Shown one piece after another: positions 1 to 9,658 of a stretch of DNA of 64,000 nt. Source of the stretch: Bacillota bacterium (GTDB lineage: Bacteria; Bacillota; JAAYKD01); NCBI GenBank assembly GCA_963666425.2, contig OY762825.2:2304001-2368000 (forward strand), written 5' to 3'. The notes below the pieces were generated by a model. The model made no database searches and was not told the DNA's origin. It saw only the letters and a program-made list of their open reading frames with translations. Numbering within the stretch: the stretch's first letter is position 1; the number at the start of each line of letters is the position of its first letter. The translations under genes and the position numbers were made by a program.

Positions 1-2
1 AG

Positions 3-1292
3 GCGCTCGATGAAGCCAAACGCTGCCTGAACTGCAAAAACAAACCTTGCGTCAATGGCTGCCCGGTCAGCATCAATATTCCCGCTTTCATCAAAGAAGT
101 GGAAGCAGGTCATTTTGCAGCTGCCTACGATGTGATCAATCAAGCCAGTTCCTTGCCGGCGGTTTGCGGCCGGGTCTGTCCGCAGGAAAGTCAATGCGAA
201 AAATATTGCGTCAGAGGGATCAAAGGCGAACCGGTAGGGATCGGCCGTCTGGAGCGCTTTGTCGCCGACTGCTATCAGGCCGAAGCCAGTGGAAAAATTG
301 AAAAGCCAGTGGCCAACGGGCACAAAGTTGCTGTGATCGGTTCCGGACCTTCCGGTCTTACCTGCGCCGGTGACTTGGCTAAAATCGGCTATGCTGTCAC
401 CATCTTTGAAGCGCTGCATGTGGCCGGAGGTGTGCTGGTTTACGGAATTCCGGAATTCCGTCTGCCCAAGGCGATTGTGCAAAAGGAAATTGATGGCTTG
501 AAAGCATTGGGTGTAAAAGTCGAGACAAACGTGGTGATTGGCAAAACCATAACGGTTGACGAATTGCTGGATGCCTATGGCTTTGAAGCCGTCTTTATCG
601 GATCCGGTGCCGGTTTACCGAATTTCATGAATATTCCGGGTGAGAACCTCAAAGGAGTCTATTCTGCCAATGAATTTCTGACTCGCATCAACCTGATGAA
701 GGCTTATCAGCCCAACAGCAGCACCCCGATCCAAAAAGGCAAAAACGTCATCGTGGTCGGCGGCGGTAATGTTGCCATGGATTCTGCCCGCTGCGCCAAA
801 CGGCTGGGTGCCAATGTCACCATTGTTTATCGCAGAACAGAAAATGAATTGCCGGCCCGGCGTGAGGAAGTGGAACACGCCATCGAGGAAGGAATCCAAT
901 TTAAATTTCTGCATAGCCCGCTGGAGATTTACAGCGATGAAAACGGCTTTGTCAATGGCGCTCTTTGCCAGGAGATGGTGCTGAGTGAACCGGATGCCTC
1001 CGGCCGAGCGAGACCGATTCCGCTGCAGGGCAGTGAATTTAGAATGGACTGCGATACCGTGATCATGGCCATTGGCACCTCTCCCAATCCATTGATTAAG
1101 TCCACTACGGAAGGTTTGCAGACCAATAAATACGGCTGCATTGTGGCCGACCAAAGCGGATTAACCTCTCGACCGGGTGTTTTTGCCGGCGGGGATGCGG
1201 TGACCGGCGCAGCGACGGTCATCTTAGCGATGGGTGCCGGCAAAATTGCGGCAGAAGCGATGCATCAATTTATCCAAGGTAAAAATCAGTAA
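3..1292 (+). CDS. NADPH-dependent glutamate synthase small-subunit family / NfnB-SudA-like oxidoreductase (5' end outside window)
   Basis: CLNCKNKPC..CP Fe-S motif, CGRVCPQE, GSGPSG and GGGNVAMD dinucleotide motifs, GVFAGGD; frame open to the window edge. Confidence 0.9.
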   Translation, partial: ALDEAKRCLNCKNKPCVNGCPVSINIPAFIKEVEAGHFAAAYDVINQASSLPAVCGRVCPQESQCEKYCVRGIKGEPVGIGRLERFVADCYQAEASGKIEKPVANGHKVAVIGSGPSGLTCAGDLAKIGYAVTIFEALHVAGGVLVYGIPEFRLPKAIVQKEIDGLKALGVKVETNVVIGKTITVDELLDAYGFEAVFIGSGAGLPNFMNIPGENLKGVYSANEFLTRINLMKAYQPNSSTPIQKGKNVIVVGGGNVAMDSARCAKRLGANVTIVYRRTENELPARREEVEHAIEEGIQFKFLHSPLEIYSDENGFVNGALCQEMVLSEPDASGRARPIPLQGSEFRMDCDTVIMAIGTSPNPLIKSTTEGLQTNKYGCIVADQSGLTSRPGVFAGGDAVTGAATVILAMGAGKIAAEAMHQFIQGKNQ

Positions 1293-1410
1293 CCGATATC
1301 ATTGCAAAACGCAGCCGAGCCTTTGTTTAATAAGCACGGAACTGTCTCGTTCGGGAGTCAGGGCCGTGCTTTTCCGCAGAAAAAATCGAAAAGCGGCGTA
1401 CTGTGATTTT

Positions 1411-1440
1411 ATTGACAGGCAGAACAGTCAATGATACTAT
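1411..1440 (+). promoter_or_regulatory. Sigma-A-like promoter with overlapping inverted repeat
   Basis: TTGACA (1412-1417), 17 bp, TACTAT (1435-1440) with upstream TG; ATTGAC-N10-GTCAAT palindrome overlaps it. Confidence 0.55.
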
Positions 1441-1574
1441 AGTAAGAATAAGAAACGTGTGTCAAATGAAGGTCAACACTCGAAAAAAGTGATGACTGCA
1501 TGAGATTTACGGTGAATTTCTAAGCAATAAAGCCAAACGAATCAGCACTGCATCCAAGCAGTGGGGAGACAACA

Positions 1575-3089
1575 ATGACAAAGAGTGTTCTGGAGTATTT
1601 AGAGCGTTCGGCAGCACGGTTTCCGGATAAAACGGCATTTGAAGATGAAACATCTTCTTGCACCTACGGGGAACTATGGCAGCGTGCGCAAAGAATCGGC
1701 AGCGTTTTGGCGAATAAAATTCCTGCCGGCTCTCCGATTCCTGTTTTCATGGAAAAAAGCGTGACAGCGGTAACCCTGTTCATGGGTATTCTGTCAGCCG
1801 GTTGTTTTTATGTCATGTTGGATGTGAAACAGCCGGTCACCCGCTTGAATCAGATTGTCAAAACGCTGGAAGCGTCTGTCATCATTACTGACCGGACCAA
1901 TCAAAACGCCTTGGCCTGTTTGGATTTTACGGGAGAAATCCTTGCTTTCGAAGATCTGATGCCGGAGCAGCCGGATGAAATGCTCTTGGCGGCGCGAAGA
2001 GAACAGGCACTGGACATCGATCCGCTCTACGGCATTTTTACTTCCGGATCCACCGGTGTGCCCAAGTGTGTGGTGATCAGCCATCGTTCCGTCATCGATT
2101 TTATGGATTATTTTCCCGATCTGTTTCAGATCTCAGAGCAAGATGTCATTGGCAATCAAGCGCCGTTTGATTTTGATGTGTCGGTCAAGGATATTTACAC
2201 CACGCTCAAAACCGGAGCCACTATGGTGATCATTCCGCGCCGCATGTTTTCCATGCCGATGCAGCTGCTCGATTACCTGGCGGACAGAAAAGTGACGACG
2301 CTGATTTGGGCTGTGTCTGCTTTGTGTATCCTGACCACCCTGAATGCCTTTGAGTATAAGATTCCTCGTGATATCAAGAAAATTTTGTTCAGCGGCGAGG
2401 TGATGCCGATCAAGCATCTGAATAAATGGCGAGTGGTCTACCCCAAAGCACTGTTTGTCAATCTCTATGGTCCCACCGAGATCACCTGCAACTGCACCTA
2501 TTACATCGTCGACCGAGAATTTCAGCCGGGGGAAGTTCTGCCCATGGGCAAAGCGTTTCCCAATGAAAAGGTCATGCTTTTGGACGAAAACAACCGCCTG
2601 ATCACAGCGCCAAAACAAGAGGGTGAGCTCTGCGTTTCCGGAACCGCTCTGGCTTTGGGTTATTACAACAATCGGGAGCAAACCGAAAATGCTTTTGTGC
2701 AAAATCCGTTGAATCCACATTTTCTGGAACTGATTTACCGCACGGGCGATCTGGCTTATTATAATGAGCGCGGTGAATTCTGTTTTGCTTCAAGAAAGGA
2801 TTTTCAGATCAAACACATGGGGCAGCGGATTGAGTTGGGTGAAATCGAGACTTGTCTGGATCGAATCCCGGAAATCAAACGAGCCTGCTGCATCTTTGAC
2901 GCAGAGACAAATAAGATTGTCGCTTTCTATGAAGGCGATATTACCAAAGGTTTGATCATTCGGCAGCTGAAAATTGATTTACCCGTTTATATGCTGCCCA
3001 ATACCCTTCTGCGCGTGGAAGCCATGCCAATCAGTAAGAACGGAAAAATCGACCGGGTGGCTTTGAAAAATCTTCTGAAAAGGAGCTAA
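1575..3089 (+). CDS. Stand-alone amino acid adenylation enzyme (DltA-like carrier protein ligase)
   Basis: FTSGSTGVPK, FDFDVS, NLYGPTE, YRTGDL and NGKIDR adenylation motifs. Confidence 0.9.
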   Translation: MTKSVLEYLERSAARFPDKTAFEDETSSCTYGELWQRAQRIGSVLANKIPAGSPIPVFMEKSVTAVTLFMGILSAGCFYVMLDVKQPVTRLNQIVKTLEASVIITDRTNQNALACLDFTGEILAFEDLMPEQPDEMLLAARREQALDIDPLYGIFTSGSTGVPKCVVISHRSVIDFMDYFPDLFQISEQDVIGNQAPFDFDVSVKDIYTTLKTGATMVIIPRRMFSMPMQLLDYLADRKVTTLIWAVSALCILTTLNAFEYKIPRDIKKILFSGEVMPIKHLNKWRVVYPKALFVNLYGPTEITCNCTYYIVDREFQPGEVLPMGKAFPNEKVMLLDENNRLITAPKQEGELCVSGTALALGYYNNREQTENAFVQNPLNPHFLELIYRTGDLAYYNERGEFCFASRKDFQIKHMGQRIELGEIETCLDRIPEIKRACCIFDAETNKIVAFYEGDITKGLIIRQLKIDLPVYMLPNTLLRVEAMPISKNGKIDRVALKNLLKRS

Positions 3090-3091
3090 AA

Positions 3092-4267
3092 ATGGAACGC
3101 AGCGTGTTAGCGCGGATTGCGCAGGAATTTCCGACACCGGCTTATGTTTTTGAATTGGATGAATTAACGGCAAGACTGACCATGATCCGTGAACAATTAG
3201 GCGATGCGGCCGGGCTTTGCTTTGCAATGAAAGCCAATCCTTTTTTAGTCGATCATCTGAACGGCTTAGTGGACCGCTTTGAAGTTTGTTCTCCGGGTGA
3301 ATTTGCCATCTGCGAGCGAAACCAGATCCCGGCGGCGCGGATCGTCTTATCCGGTGTGAATAAAGAGCGGACGGAAATGGAACGCGTACTTCGCTGTTAT
3401 GACACAGCGGTGACTTTCACGGCCGAATCAGAGCAACAGCTGCAAATGTTGGCCAGCTGTGCCGAGGAACAGCAGAAAACAATCAAAATCATCCTGCGTT
3501 TGACCAGCGGCAATCAATTCGGGATGGATGAGGCAACCATCTGCCGGATTTTATCCCGCTGGCAGGAGTATCCCAACCTGCAGCTGATGGGTTTGCAGTA
3601 TTATTCCGGTACGCAGAAAAAAAAGATCTCGCTGATCGCCAAAGAACTGCACTATTTGGATGAATTTTGTATCCAACTGCAGAATTCATACCAAATTACC
3701 TTTCCGAACCTGGAATACGGCCCAGGTCTTTATACCCCTTATTTTGCCCAGGATGAAGCCGTGGATGACAGTGAGCTGCTGGCGGCTCTCGGCGATTTAC
3801 TGCGCAACATGCGTTTTGGCGGCAAGATCATGCTGGAGATGGGACGTTACCTGACGGCGCTCTGTGGTTACTATCTCACGTCCGTCGTTGATTGTAAGCG
3901 GAATCAGGATCAGAATTATTGCATCATCGATGGCGGCATCAATCACATTAATTATTATGGGCAAACAATGGCCATGAAAATGCCGCCGATCCTGCATCTG
4001 GCACAGCAGGACCGCGGACAGATAGAGAACTGGCATGTCTGCGGTTCCTTATGCACTGCCGGCGATGTCATTGTCAAGCAACTCCCCTTACGGCAGCTCA
4101 TGGTGGGGGATGTCTTGGTTTTTGGCAAATTAGGCGCATATTCGATCACGGAAGGCATCTACCTTTTCTTGAGCAGAGATCTTCCCGGCGTTTTGTTTTA
4201 TAATCAGGCCGAGGGGATTCGGCTGGTTCGCTCGAGTCTTGCTACTCACCCATTCAATTCGATTTAA
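3092..4267 (+). CDS. PLP-dependent group IV (diaminopimelate decarboxylase-fold) decarboxylase
   Basis: FAMKAN PLP lysine, EMGRYL, GSLCTAGD, GAYS motifs. Confidence 0.85.
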   Translation: MERSVLARIAQEFPTPAYVFELDELTARLTMIREQLGDAAGLCFAMKANPFLVDHLNGLVDRFEVCSPGEFAICERNQIPAARIVLSGVNKERTEMERVLRCYDTAVTFTAESEQQLQMLASCAEEQQKTIKIILRLTSGNQFGMDEATICRILSRWQEYPNLQLMGLQYYSGTQKKKISLIAKELHYLDEFCIQLQNSYQITFPNLEYGPGLYTPYFAQDEAVDDSELLAALGDLLRNMRFGGKIMLEMGRYLTALCGYYLTSVVDCKRNQDQNYCIIDGGINHINYYGQTMAMKMPPILHLAQQDRGQIENWHVCGSLCTAGDVIVKQLPLRQLMVGDVLVFGKLGAYSITEGIYLFLSRDLPGVLFYNQAEGIRLVRSSLATHPFNSI

Positions 4268-4282
4268 GAGAGGAGAACCAAT

Positions 4283-4525
4283 ATGGAAAACTCAGAAGGA
4301 ATTAAAAAGATCATTGCGATTCTGGAGGACATCAATCCGGATGTGGATTATACAACTTGTACTAAGCTAATTGACAGTCAGATTCTCGATTCTTTCGCTA
4401 TTCTTTCGATTGTCGCCGAACTGCAGGAAGAATTTGATGTCTATGTGACGCCGATGGATATAAAACCGGCGAATTTCAACTCAGCCCAAGCTCTATGGGC
4501 TATGGTAGAGCGTCTGAGGGCGTAG
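4283..4525 (+). CDS. Acyl/aminoacyl carrier protein (DltC-like)
   Basis: 80 aa acidic protein with LDSF phosphopantetheine serine motif; GAGGAG RBS. Confidence 0.85.
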   Translation: MENSEGIKKIIAILEDINPDVDYTTCTKLIDSQILDSFAILSIVAELQEEFDVYVTPMDIKPANFNSAQALWAMVERLRA

Positions 4526-4558
4526 TGTCTTGAGTAACGCTTCTAGATCTGGAGGCAA

Positions 4559-6103
4559 ATGATGTCGTTAGTTTCTTTGAAATTTGCACTCTTTCTGTTG
4601 GTTGCGGTCATTGGTTATTACCGTATACCAAAAAAATGGCAATGGATATGGCTGTTGGCCTTCAGTTACGTTTATTATGCGTCTGCCGGTCTGAAGATCG
4701 TACCTTTTTTGCTTTTTTCTACCGGCGTATCCTATCTGGCAGGCCGAATGCTGGACCAAATCAAAAACAGCCAAACCGAAAAAACTCTGAAACAGAAAAG
4801 GAAACGCTTTGTCTTATTGCTGACGCTGCTCCTGGATTTCGGCATGCTTGTGGTCATTAAATATACGAATTTCGCTTTAATCAACATGAATCGTCTGCTG
4901 GATCTGCACCTTTCCCTGCAGACTTTTCTGTTGCCGCTGGGTATCTCGTTTTATACCTTCCAATCGGCAGGTTATATCATCGATGTCTATTGGGAGAAAT
5001 ACGAAGCCGAAAGGAATCCCTTTCGGTTTGCTTTGTTTGTTTCCTTTTTCCCGCAGATTCTGCAGGGCCCCATCGGCCGTTTCGACCGGCTGGCGCGTCA
5101 GCTCTATGAAGAGCATGAGTTTAATTGGCCGCGCATGGAACGCTCCCTGCAGTTGATTCTCTGGGGATTCTTTAAAAAAATGGTGATCGCCGATAATGCA
5201 GCCCGCGTGGTTGGTGAGGTTTTCTGGGGCAACAATTATCAAAAATATACCGGCACCACGATTTTGGTGGCAGTCTTGGGCTATTCCATTCAGCTCTACG
5301 GAGATTTTTCGGGCGGTATGGATGTCGTCAAAGGGGCTGCCAATCTGTTTGGCATTGAGTTGGACGAGAATTTTAAACGGCCTTTTTTTGCAGTTTCCAT
5401 TGCGGATTTTTGGCATCGCTGGCATATTACGCTGGGCACCTGGATGAAGGATTATGTCTTTTATCCCTTATCGCTATCCAAAACGATGAATCGCTTTGGC
5501 AAATCTGCCCGAAAACTTCTGGGCAAAAACATGGGGCGCGCTTTGCCGATTTGCGTGGTGAATATCATTGTATTTTTCATCGTTGGTGCTTGGCACGGCG
5601 CGAATTGGAAATATATCGCTTATGGTTTGTATAACGGACTGATCATCGGCTTCAGCGGCTTGATGATGCCGACCGCCAGGAAATGGAAAATCGCTTGTCA
5701 TATCAATGATAAATCAACAGCCTGGCGCATCTTTCAGATTTTCCGAACTTTTATCCTAGTCAATATCAGCTGGTATTTTGACCGGGCCGATAATCTGACG
5801 CATGCCTTCGCGCTGATGCAGAAAACGGTGACCGATTTTCACTTTTCTGATTTCTTGGACGGCACGCTGATGTTGAAAGGGGTAAGCCAGATAGGGCTGC
5901 ACCTTTACAACATCGTCTTGCTTGGTTGTGTCGTGCTATTTATTGTCAGTTATTATCAGGAAAAAGGTGTTCGGATCGGCGAAGTGCTGCGCGCCAAACC
6001 GGTTGCTTTGCGCTTTGTCGTCTATCTGCTGCTTCTTTATGCTTTGCCGGCATTCGGAACACTGTCGTCATCCGGAGGAGGCTTTATCTATGCGCAATTC
6101 TAA
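4559..6103 (+). CDS. MBOAT family acyltransferase (AlgI/DltB-like)
   Basis: PLGISFYTFQ, GPI, FWHRWHITL, catalytic WHG, C-terminal FIYAQF motif. Confidence 0.92.
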   Translation: MMSLVSLKFALFLLVAVIGYYRIPKKWQWIWLLAFSYVYYASAGLKIVPFLLFSTGVSYLAGRMLDQIKNSQTEKTLKQKRKRFVLLLTLLLDFGMLVVIKYTNFALINMNRLLDLHLSLQTFLLPLGISFYTFQSAGYIIDVYWEKYEAERNPFRFALFVSFFPQILQGPIGRFDRLARQLYEEHEFNWPRMERSLQLILWGFFKKMVIADNAARVVGEVFWGNNYQKYTGTTILVAVLGYSIQLYGDFSGGMDVVKGAANLFGIELDENFKRPFFAVSIADFWHRWHITLGTWMKDYVFYPLSLSKTMNRFGKSARKLLGKNMGRALPICVVNIIVFFIVGAWHGANWKYIAYGLYNGLIIGFSGLMMPTARKWKIACHINDKSTAWRIFQIFRTFILVNISWYFDRADNLTHAFALMQKTVTDFHFSDFLDGTLMLKGVSQIGLHLYNIVLLGCVVLFIVSYYQEKGVRIGEVLRAKPVALRFVVYLLLLYALPAFGTLSSSGGGFIYAQF

Positions 6104-7052
6104 AAGGGTCATCCTCTTTGCGGCATTTTTCACGGTCTGTCTGCTGCTTAACGTCATTTTGAATTATATTTTGATTCCGAATAATATCATGAGAATCAAG
6201 CTGCATAACCTGGAAACAACGACCTATGATGACTTATTCCTTGGTACGTCGCATGGCTTTTCGGCTGTGGATCCTCTGGTTGTAGACAGCATTACAGGGC
6301 GGAAAAGTACCAATCTCTGTATCTGGGGAGAGTATCCCAGAGATTCTTATTACCTTCTGAAAGAGGCATGCAGAGAGCACAAACCGGAACGCGTAGTTTA
6401 TGAGCTGGATCCCACTTATTGGATCAATAAGGATATTGATACCTATTATTATACGCAATTGTTTAATTATATGCCTTGGTCTCAGGTCAAGGCAGAGTAC
6501 TTCTTGGCGAAAATTACCTCGGCGGATTTTAGAGCTGTTTTATTCCCCTGGTTTAATTATCAATTGCAGTGGCAGCCGAATCTGGCCAATCTGGAATTAA
6601 AACAAACGGACAATTATAAAAACTACGGCCTTGATACATTTGATCTTTCCTATCAAACTTTGAAAGAAGAAGGATTCTTATTTTTCAAAGATACCAAGCG
6701 GACAAAGTCTCAATATGTCTCTCTTTGGGATGAAAAGAAAATGCTGGTGAATTCGTATCGGTATTTTGATAAAATGGTGACCTTCTGCCGGGAAAACGAC
6801 ATTGAACTGGTGGTTTTTACCACGCCCGTGCCACAGGAGACATTGGAGCTTTATCCGGAAAACTACCAAAAAGCATTCCAGTATTTTTCGAAAATGCTGC
6901 AAGGCTACGGTCTTACCTATTATAATTTCAATTACATCCAATTGGATGGTTTTGATAAGAGTCTTGTCGGTTATTCCGATTATGATGGACACATGTATGG
7001 TGATACTGCCGGTTCCTTCAGCAAATCCCTGGGAGACTATCTGAAAAAATAA
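6090..7052 (+). CDS. Membrane-anchored SGNH-type transferase (DltD/AlgJ/PatB-like)
   Basis: ATG at 6090 with GGAGGAGG RBS overlapping the MBOAT end; N-terminal TM helix, GTSHG serine motif, C-terminal DYDGH (DxxH). Confidence 0.7.
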   Translation: MRNSKRVILFAAFFTVCLLLNVILNYILIPNNIMRIKLHNLETTTYDDLFLGTSHGFSAVDPLVVDSITGRKSTNLCIWGEYPRDSYYLLKEACREHKPERVVYELDPTYWINKDIDTYYYTQLFNYMPWSQVKAEYFLAKITSADFRAVLFPWFNYQLQWQPNLANLELKQTDNYKNYGLDTFDLSYQTLKEEGFLFFKDTKRTKSQYVSLWDEKKMLVNSYRYFDKMVTFCRENDIELVVFTTPVPQETLELYPENYQKAFQYFSKMLQGYGLTYYNFNYIQLDGFDKSLVGYSDYDGHMYGDTAGSFSKSLGDYLKK

Positions 7053-7080
7053 AGTCGGGCGAATCAATAAAAAGGTATAA

Positions 7081-7117
7081 AAAAAAGCAGGCACTGTCAG
7101 GTGCCTGTTTTTTTTTA
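7081..7117. terminator. Bidirectional intrinsic terminator
   Basis: A-tract, GCAGGCAC/GTGCCTGT stem, T-tract, between convergent genes. Confidence 0.75.
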
Positions 7118-7183
7118 TCGGAACTGTTTGCCTGCTTTCAGCCTTGTTTGGCTGCAAAATCCATTTGAGGCGGCAAGGAATCA

Positions 7184-7330
7184 TTAAATGACTCTTTTGC
7201 CCTGCACTAAACGGATGATCACCAAAACCACGGCGATGACTAAGAGAATGTGCAAAAGGCCTCCGCCCGTAGTAGTAACCAATCCAAGTAACCATAAAAC
7301 AATCAGGACGACTGCAATCGTGTATAACAT
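7184..7330 (-). CDS. Small membrane protein, lmo0937-like family (48 aa, below the ORF-track cut-off)
   Basis: Manual translation MLYTIAVVLIVLWLLGLVTTTGGGLLHILLVIAVVLVIIRLVQGKRVI; GAAGGAG RBS. Confidence 0.8.
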   Translation of the reverse strand: MLYTIAVVLIVLWLLGLVTTTGGGLLHILLVIAVVLVIIRLVQGKRVI

Positions 7331-7384
7331 AATGCACTCCTTCTTCTTATGAGAATCATTTCTTTGCTTTTTCGATTCGATTTA

Positions 7385-7801
7385 CTAATCGGATAAGGTC
7401 TTCTTGACAGGGTAATCGACTGATTGATCCGCAGGATCAATCGGCGTGTATTCGACCCATTCCGGACGGACCCTTCTGGGCCTAACCAGTCCCAGGAGAA
7501 TCAGGCCAATGACACCGGTAACCAGCATCGCGATGAGGGTAGCGGGTTCCAAAAGCGGCAAGGCATCGATGGTGGTCAGGCTTACCGGAAAGATCCCATC
7601 AAAGATACCAACAATGTATTGCGTGACAGTGTAAATTCCTTTGACAAAAACATTGGTCGGATCCGCTCCCAGTAATTTGAAAAACAAGCGAAACGCCAGG
7701 GTGCATTCGAGCAAAGCTGTTAAGGCTCCGAACAGACGATATAAGAAAACATTTCCATCCACCGTTGTTTGCAGATCAGTTGAGTTAGTCTTTCTTTCCA
7801 T
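7385..7801 (-). CDS. YggT-like membrane protein
   Basis: Hydrophobic helices, LLGADPTNVFV..IY..T...V..F.GIFP pattern; ATG at 7801 with GGAAGG RBS. Confidence 0.6.
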   Translation of the reverse strand: MERKTNSTDLQTTVDGNVFLYRLFGALTALLECTLAFRLFFKLLGADPTNVFVKGIYTVTQYIVGIFDGIFPVSLTTIDALPLLEPATLIAMLVTGVIGLILLGLVRPRRVRPEWVEYTPIDPADQSVDYPVKKTLSD

Positions 7802-8109
7802 TTTTAATTCCTTCCTTTTTTTTAACACTTGTTATTACAATTCCGCAGAAGACGGACCGTTTTTGGCGATTTTCCAACAATAACAGGTAGAAGAGGAAGT
7901 GACATGTCTTTTCCATATCCGTATCATAACATAGTTATGATTAAATGTCAACATAATATAATAATTATTATTAATATAATAATACGAATTATCGGATGAA
8001 TAAAATAGCGCCTAATTTTACGTCTGTTCCGCATGACTTTTTAGCGGCAATTTAGGCGGGGAAATTTCCAGAGCAAGAAGAAAACATCAAAAAAAAAATC
8101 AGTAAATAG

Positions 8110-8162
8110 ATTGACAAAGTTCAATATGATGGTTATACTCAATATATAGATAAAGTTCAATA
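8110..8162 (+). promoter_or_regulatory. Promoter of the ars operon with two candidate ArsR operator boxes
   Basis: TTGACA (8111-8116), 17 bp, TATACT (8134-8139); ATTGA-CAAAGT-TCAAT over the -35 and ATAGA-TAAAGT-TCAAT downstream. Confidence 0.7.
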
Positions 8163-8186
8163 AGTATAGATCGGGGGACTGTTAAG

Positions 8187-8513
8187 ATGAAATATTCCTA
8201 TGCAGAATTTGTGCCGGTGTTTAAGGCACTGGCTGACGAAACCAGGTTGAAAATATTGGAAATGCTGTCGTGCGGAGAAATGTGCGCCTGTGCAATTTTG
8301 GAGAGCTTTCGCATCAGCCAGCCAACGCTTTCTTATCATATGAAAATATTGATGGAGTGCGGTTTGGTGGATGGCCAGAAGGACGGCATTTGGATGCGCT
8401 ATACCTTAAATCAAACGCGTTTTCAGGAATTGCGGGAATTCTGTCATTTATTCTGTGGGGATCATGAGGACTGTATTTGTCATCACCCCAAGGCAGACGA
8501 GTGCTGCAAATAA
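8187..8513 (+). CDS. arsR: ArsR/SmtB family metalloregulator
   Basis: FKALADETRL, CGEMCAC metal site, SQPTLSYHM HTH, Cys-rich C-terminal tail. Confidence 0.9.
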   Translation: MKYSYAEFVPVFKALADETRLKILEMLSCGEMCACAILESFRISQPTLSYHMKILMECGLVDGQKDGIWMRYTLNQTRFQELREFCHLFCGDHEDCICHHPKADECCK

Positions 8514-8530
8514 CAAGGGAGGAGATTGGA

Positions 8531-9319
8531 ATGAAAGACAAAGAAGTAGTGCGGGAATCAATCAGAAAAAGATACGGCAGCATTGCGAAGAATAAACCTG
8601 CGGCTGGCTGCTGCAGCAGCGGCTGCGACTGCAATGGTGCCCCGATGGGTAGGACAGAGGCGTCCTTGCGCTTAGGTTATTCCGAAGAAGATTTGAAGAG
8701 TGTGCCGCTGGATGCCAATCTCGGGCTGGGCTGCGGCAATCCGCTGGCCATCGCCGCATTGAAATCAGGCGAAACGGTGCTCGACTTAGGCAGCGGCGGC
8801 GGTTTCGATTGCTTTTTAGCACGCCGACGGGTTGGCGAGCAAGGTTTCGTCATCGGCGTCGATATGACGCCTGCGATGATCAAACTGGCGCGCAAGAATC
8901 TGCAAAAGAGCGGGTATACCAATGTTGAATTTCGCTTAGGGGAAATTGAGCATTTGCCGGTGGCTGACGCGACGGTCGATCTGATTATTTCCAATTGTGT
9001 GATCAATTTATCCGTAGAAAAAGAACAAGTGTTCAAAGAAGCCTATCGGGTCTTAAAAAAAGGCGGCAGATTATCCATTTCCGATTCGGTTGCTACGGCA
9101 GAATTACCGCAAGAAGCGAAACAGAGTTTAGCCAAAATTATTGGCTGCATTGCCGGTGCTGAGTATATTGAAACCTTGAAAAGCATGATGCAAAGGGCGG
9201 GCTTTACAGACCTGGTATTCACGCCAAGAGACAACAGCAAAGAAATCATCGCTACTTGGATCCCGGGCAGCAAAATCGAAGATTATGTTGCTTCCTATCT
9301 GATTGAAGCAGTCAAATAG
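8531..9319 (+). CDS. arsM: Arsenite S-adenosylmethionine methyltransferase
   Basis: N-terminal CCxxxCxC, GLGCGNP, LDLGSGGGFD, ISNCVINL, GCIAGA; follows arsR. Confidence 0.93.
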   Translation: MKDKEVVRESIRKRYGSIAKNKPAAGCCSSGCDCNGAPMGRTEASLRLGYSEEDLKSVPLDANLGLGCGNPLAIAALKSGETVLDLGSGGGFDCFLARRRVGEQGFVIGVDMTPAMIKLARKNLQKSGYTNVEFRLGEIEHLPVADATVDLIISNCVINLSVEKEQVFKEAYRVLKKGGRLSISDSVATAELPQEAKQSLAKIIGCIAGAEYIETLKSMMQRAGFTDLVFTPRDNSKEIIATWIPGSKIEDYVASYLIEAVK

Positions 9320-9355
9320 GATTTTCGGCGAAATATCGACAGAGGGAGAAAGGGG

Positions 9356-9643
9356 ATGCAAGCGATGGAAAAAGAATATGCCTTGCTGTTTAAAGCGTTG
9401 GCTGATCAAACCAGACTAGAGATTGTTGACCTGATTTCCTGTGGCGAGTTATGTGCCTGTGAAATTCTGAAGTCGTTTTCCTTCAGCCAATCCACCCTAT
9501 CCTACCATATGAAGCTTTTGACAGACAGTGGTTTGGTCAACGTGCGGCGCGACGGCAAAAAGATGATGTATTGCATCGACCCGGAAAAAGCGCTTGTTCT
9601 GATCGATTTTTGGGAAAATTTTGAAATTAAAGCAGAAAATTAG
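9356..9643 (+). CDS. arsR: Second ArsR/SmtB family regulator
   Basis: FKALADQTRL, CGELCAC, SQSTLSYHM. Confidence 0.88.
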   Translation: MQAMEKEYALLFKALADQTRLEIVDLISCGELCACEILKSFSFSQSTLSYHMKLLTDSGLVNVRRDGKKMMYCIDPEKALVLIDFWENFEIKAEN

Positions 9644-9658
9644 TAACGGAGGATCATT

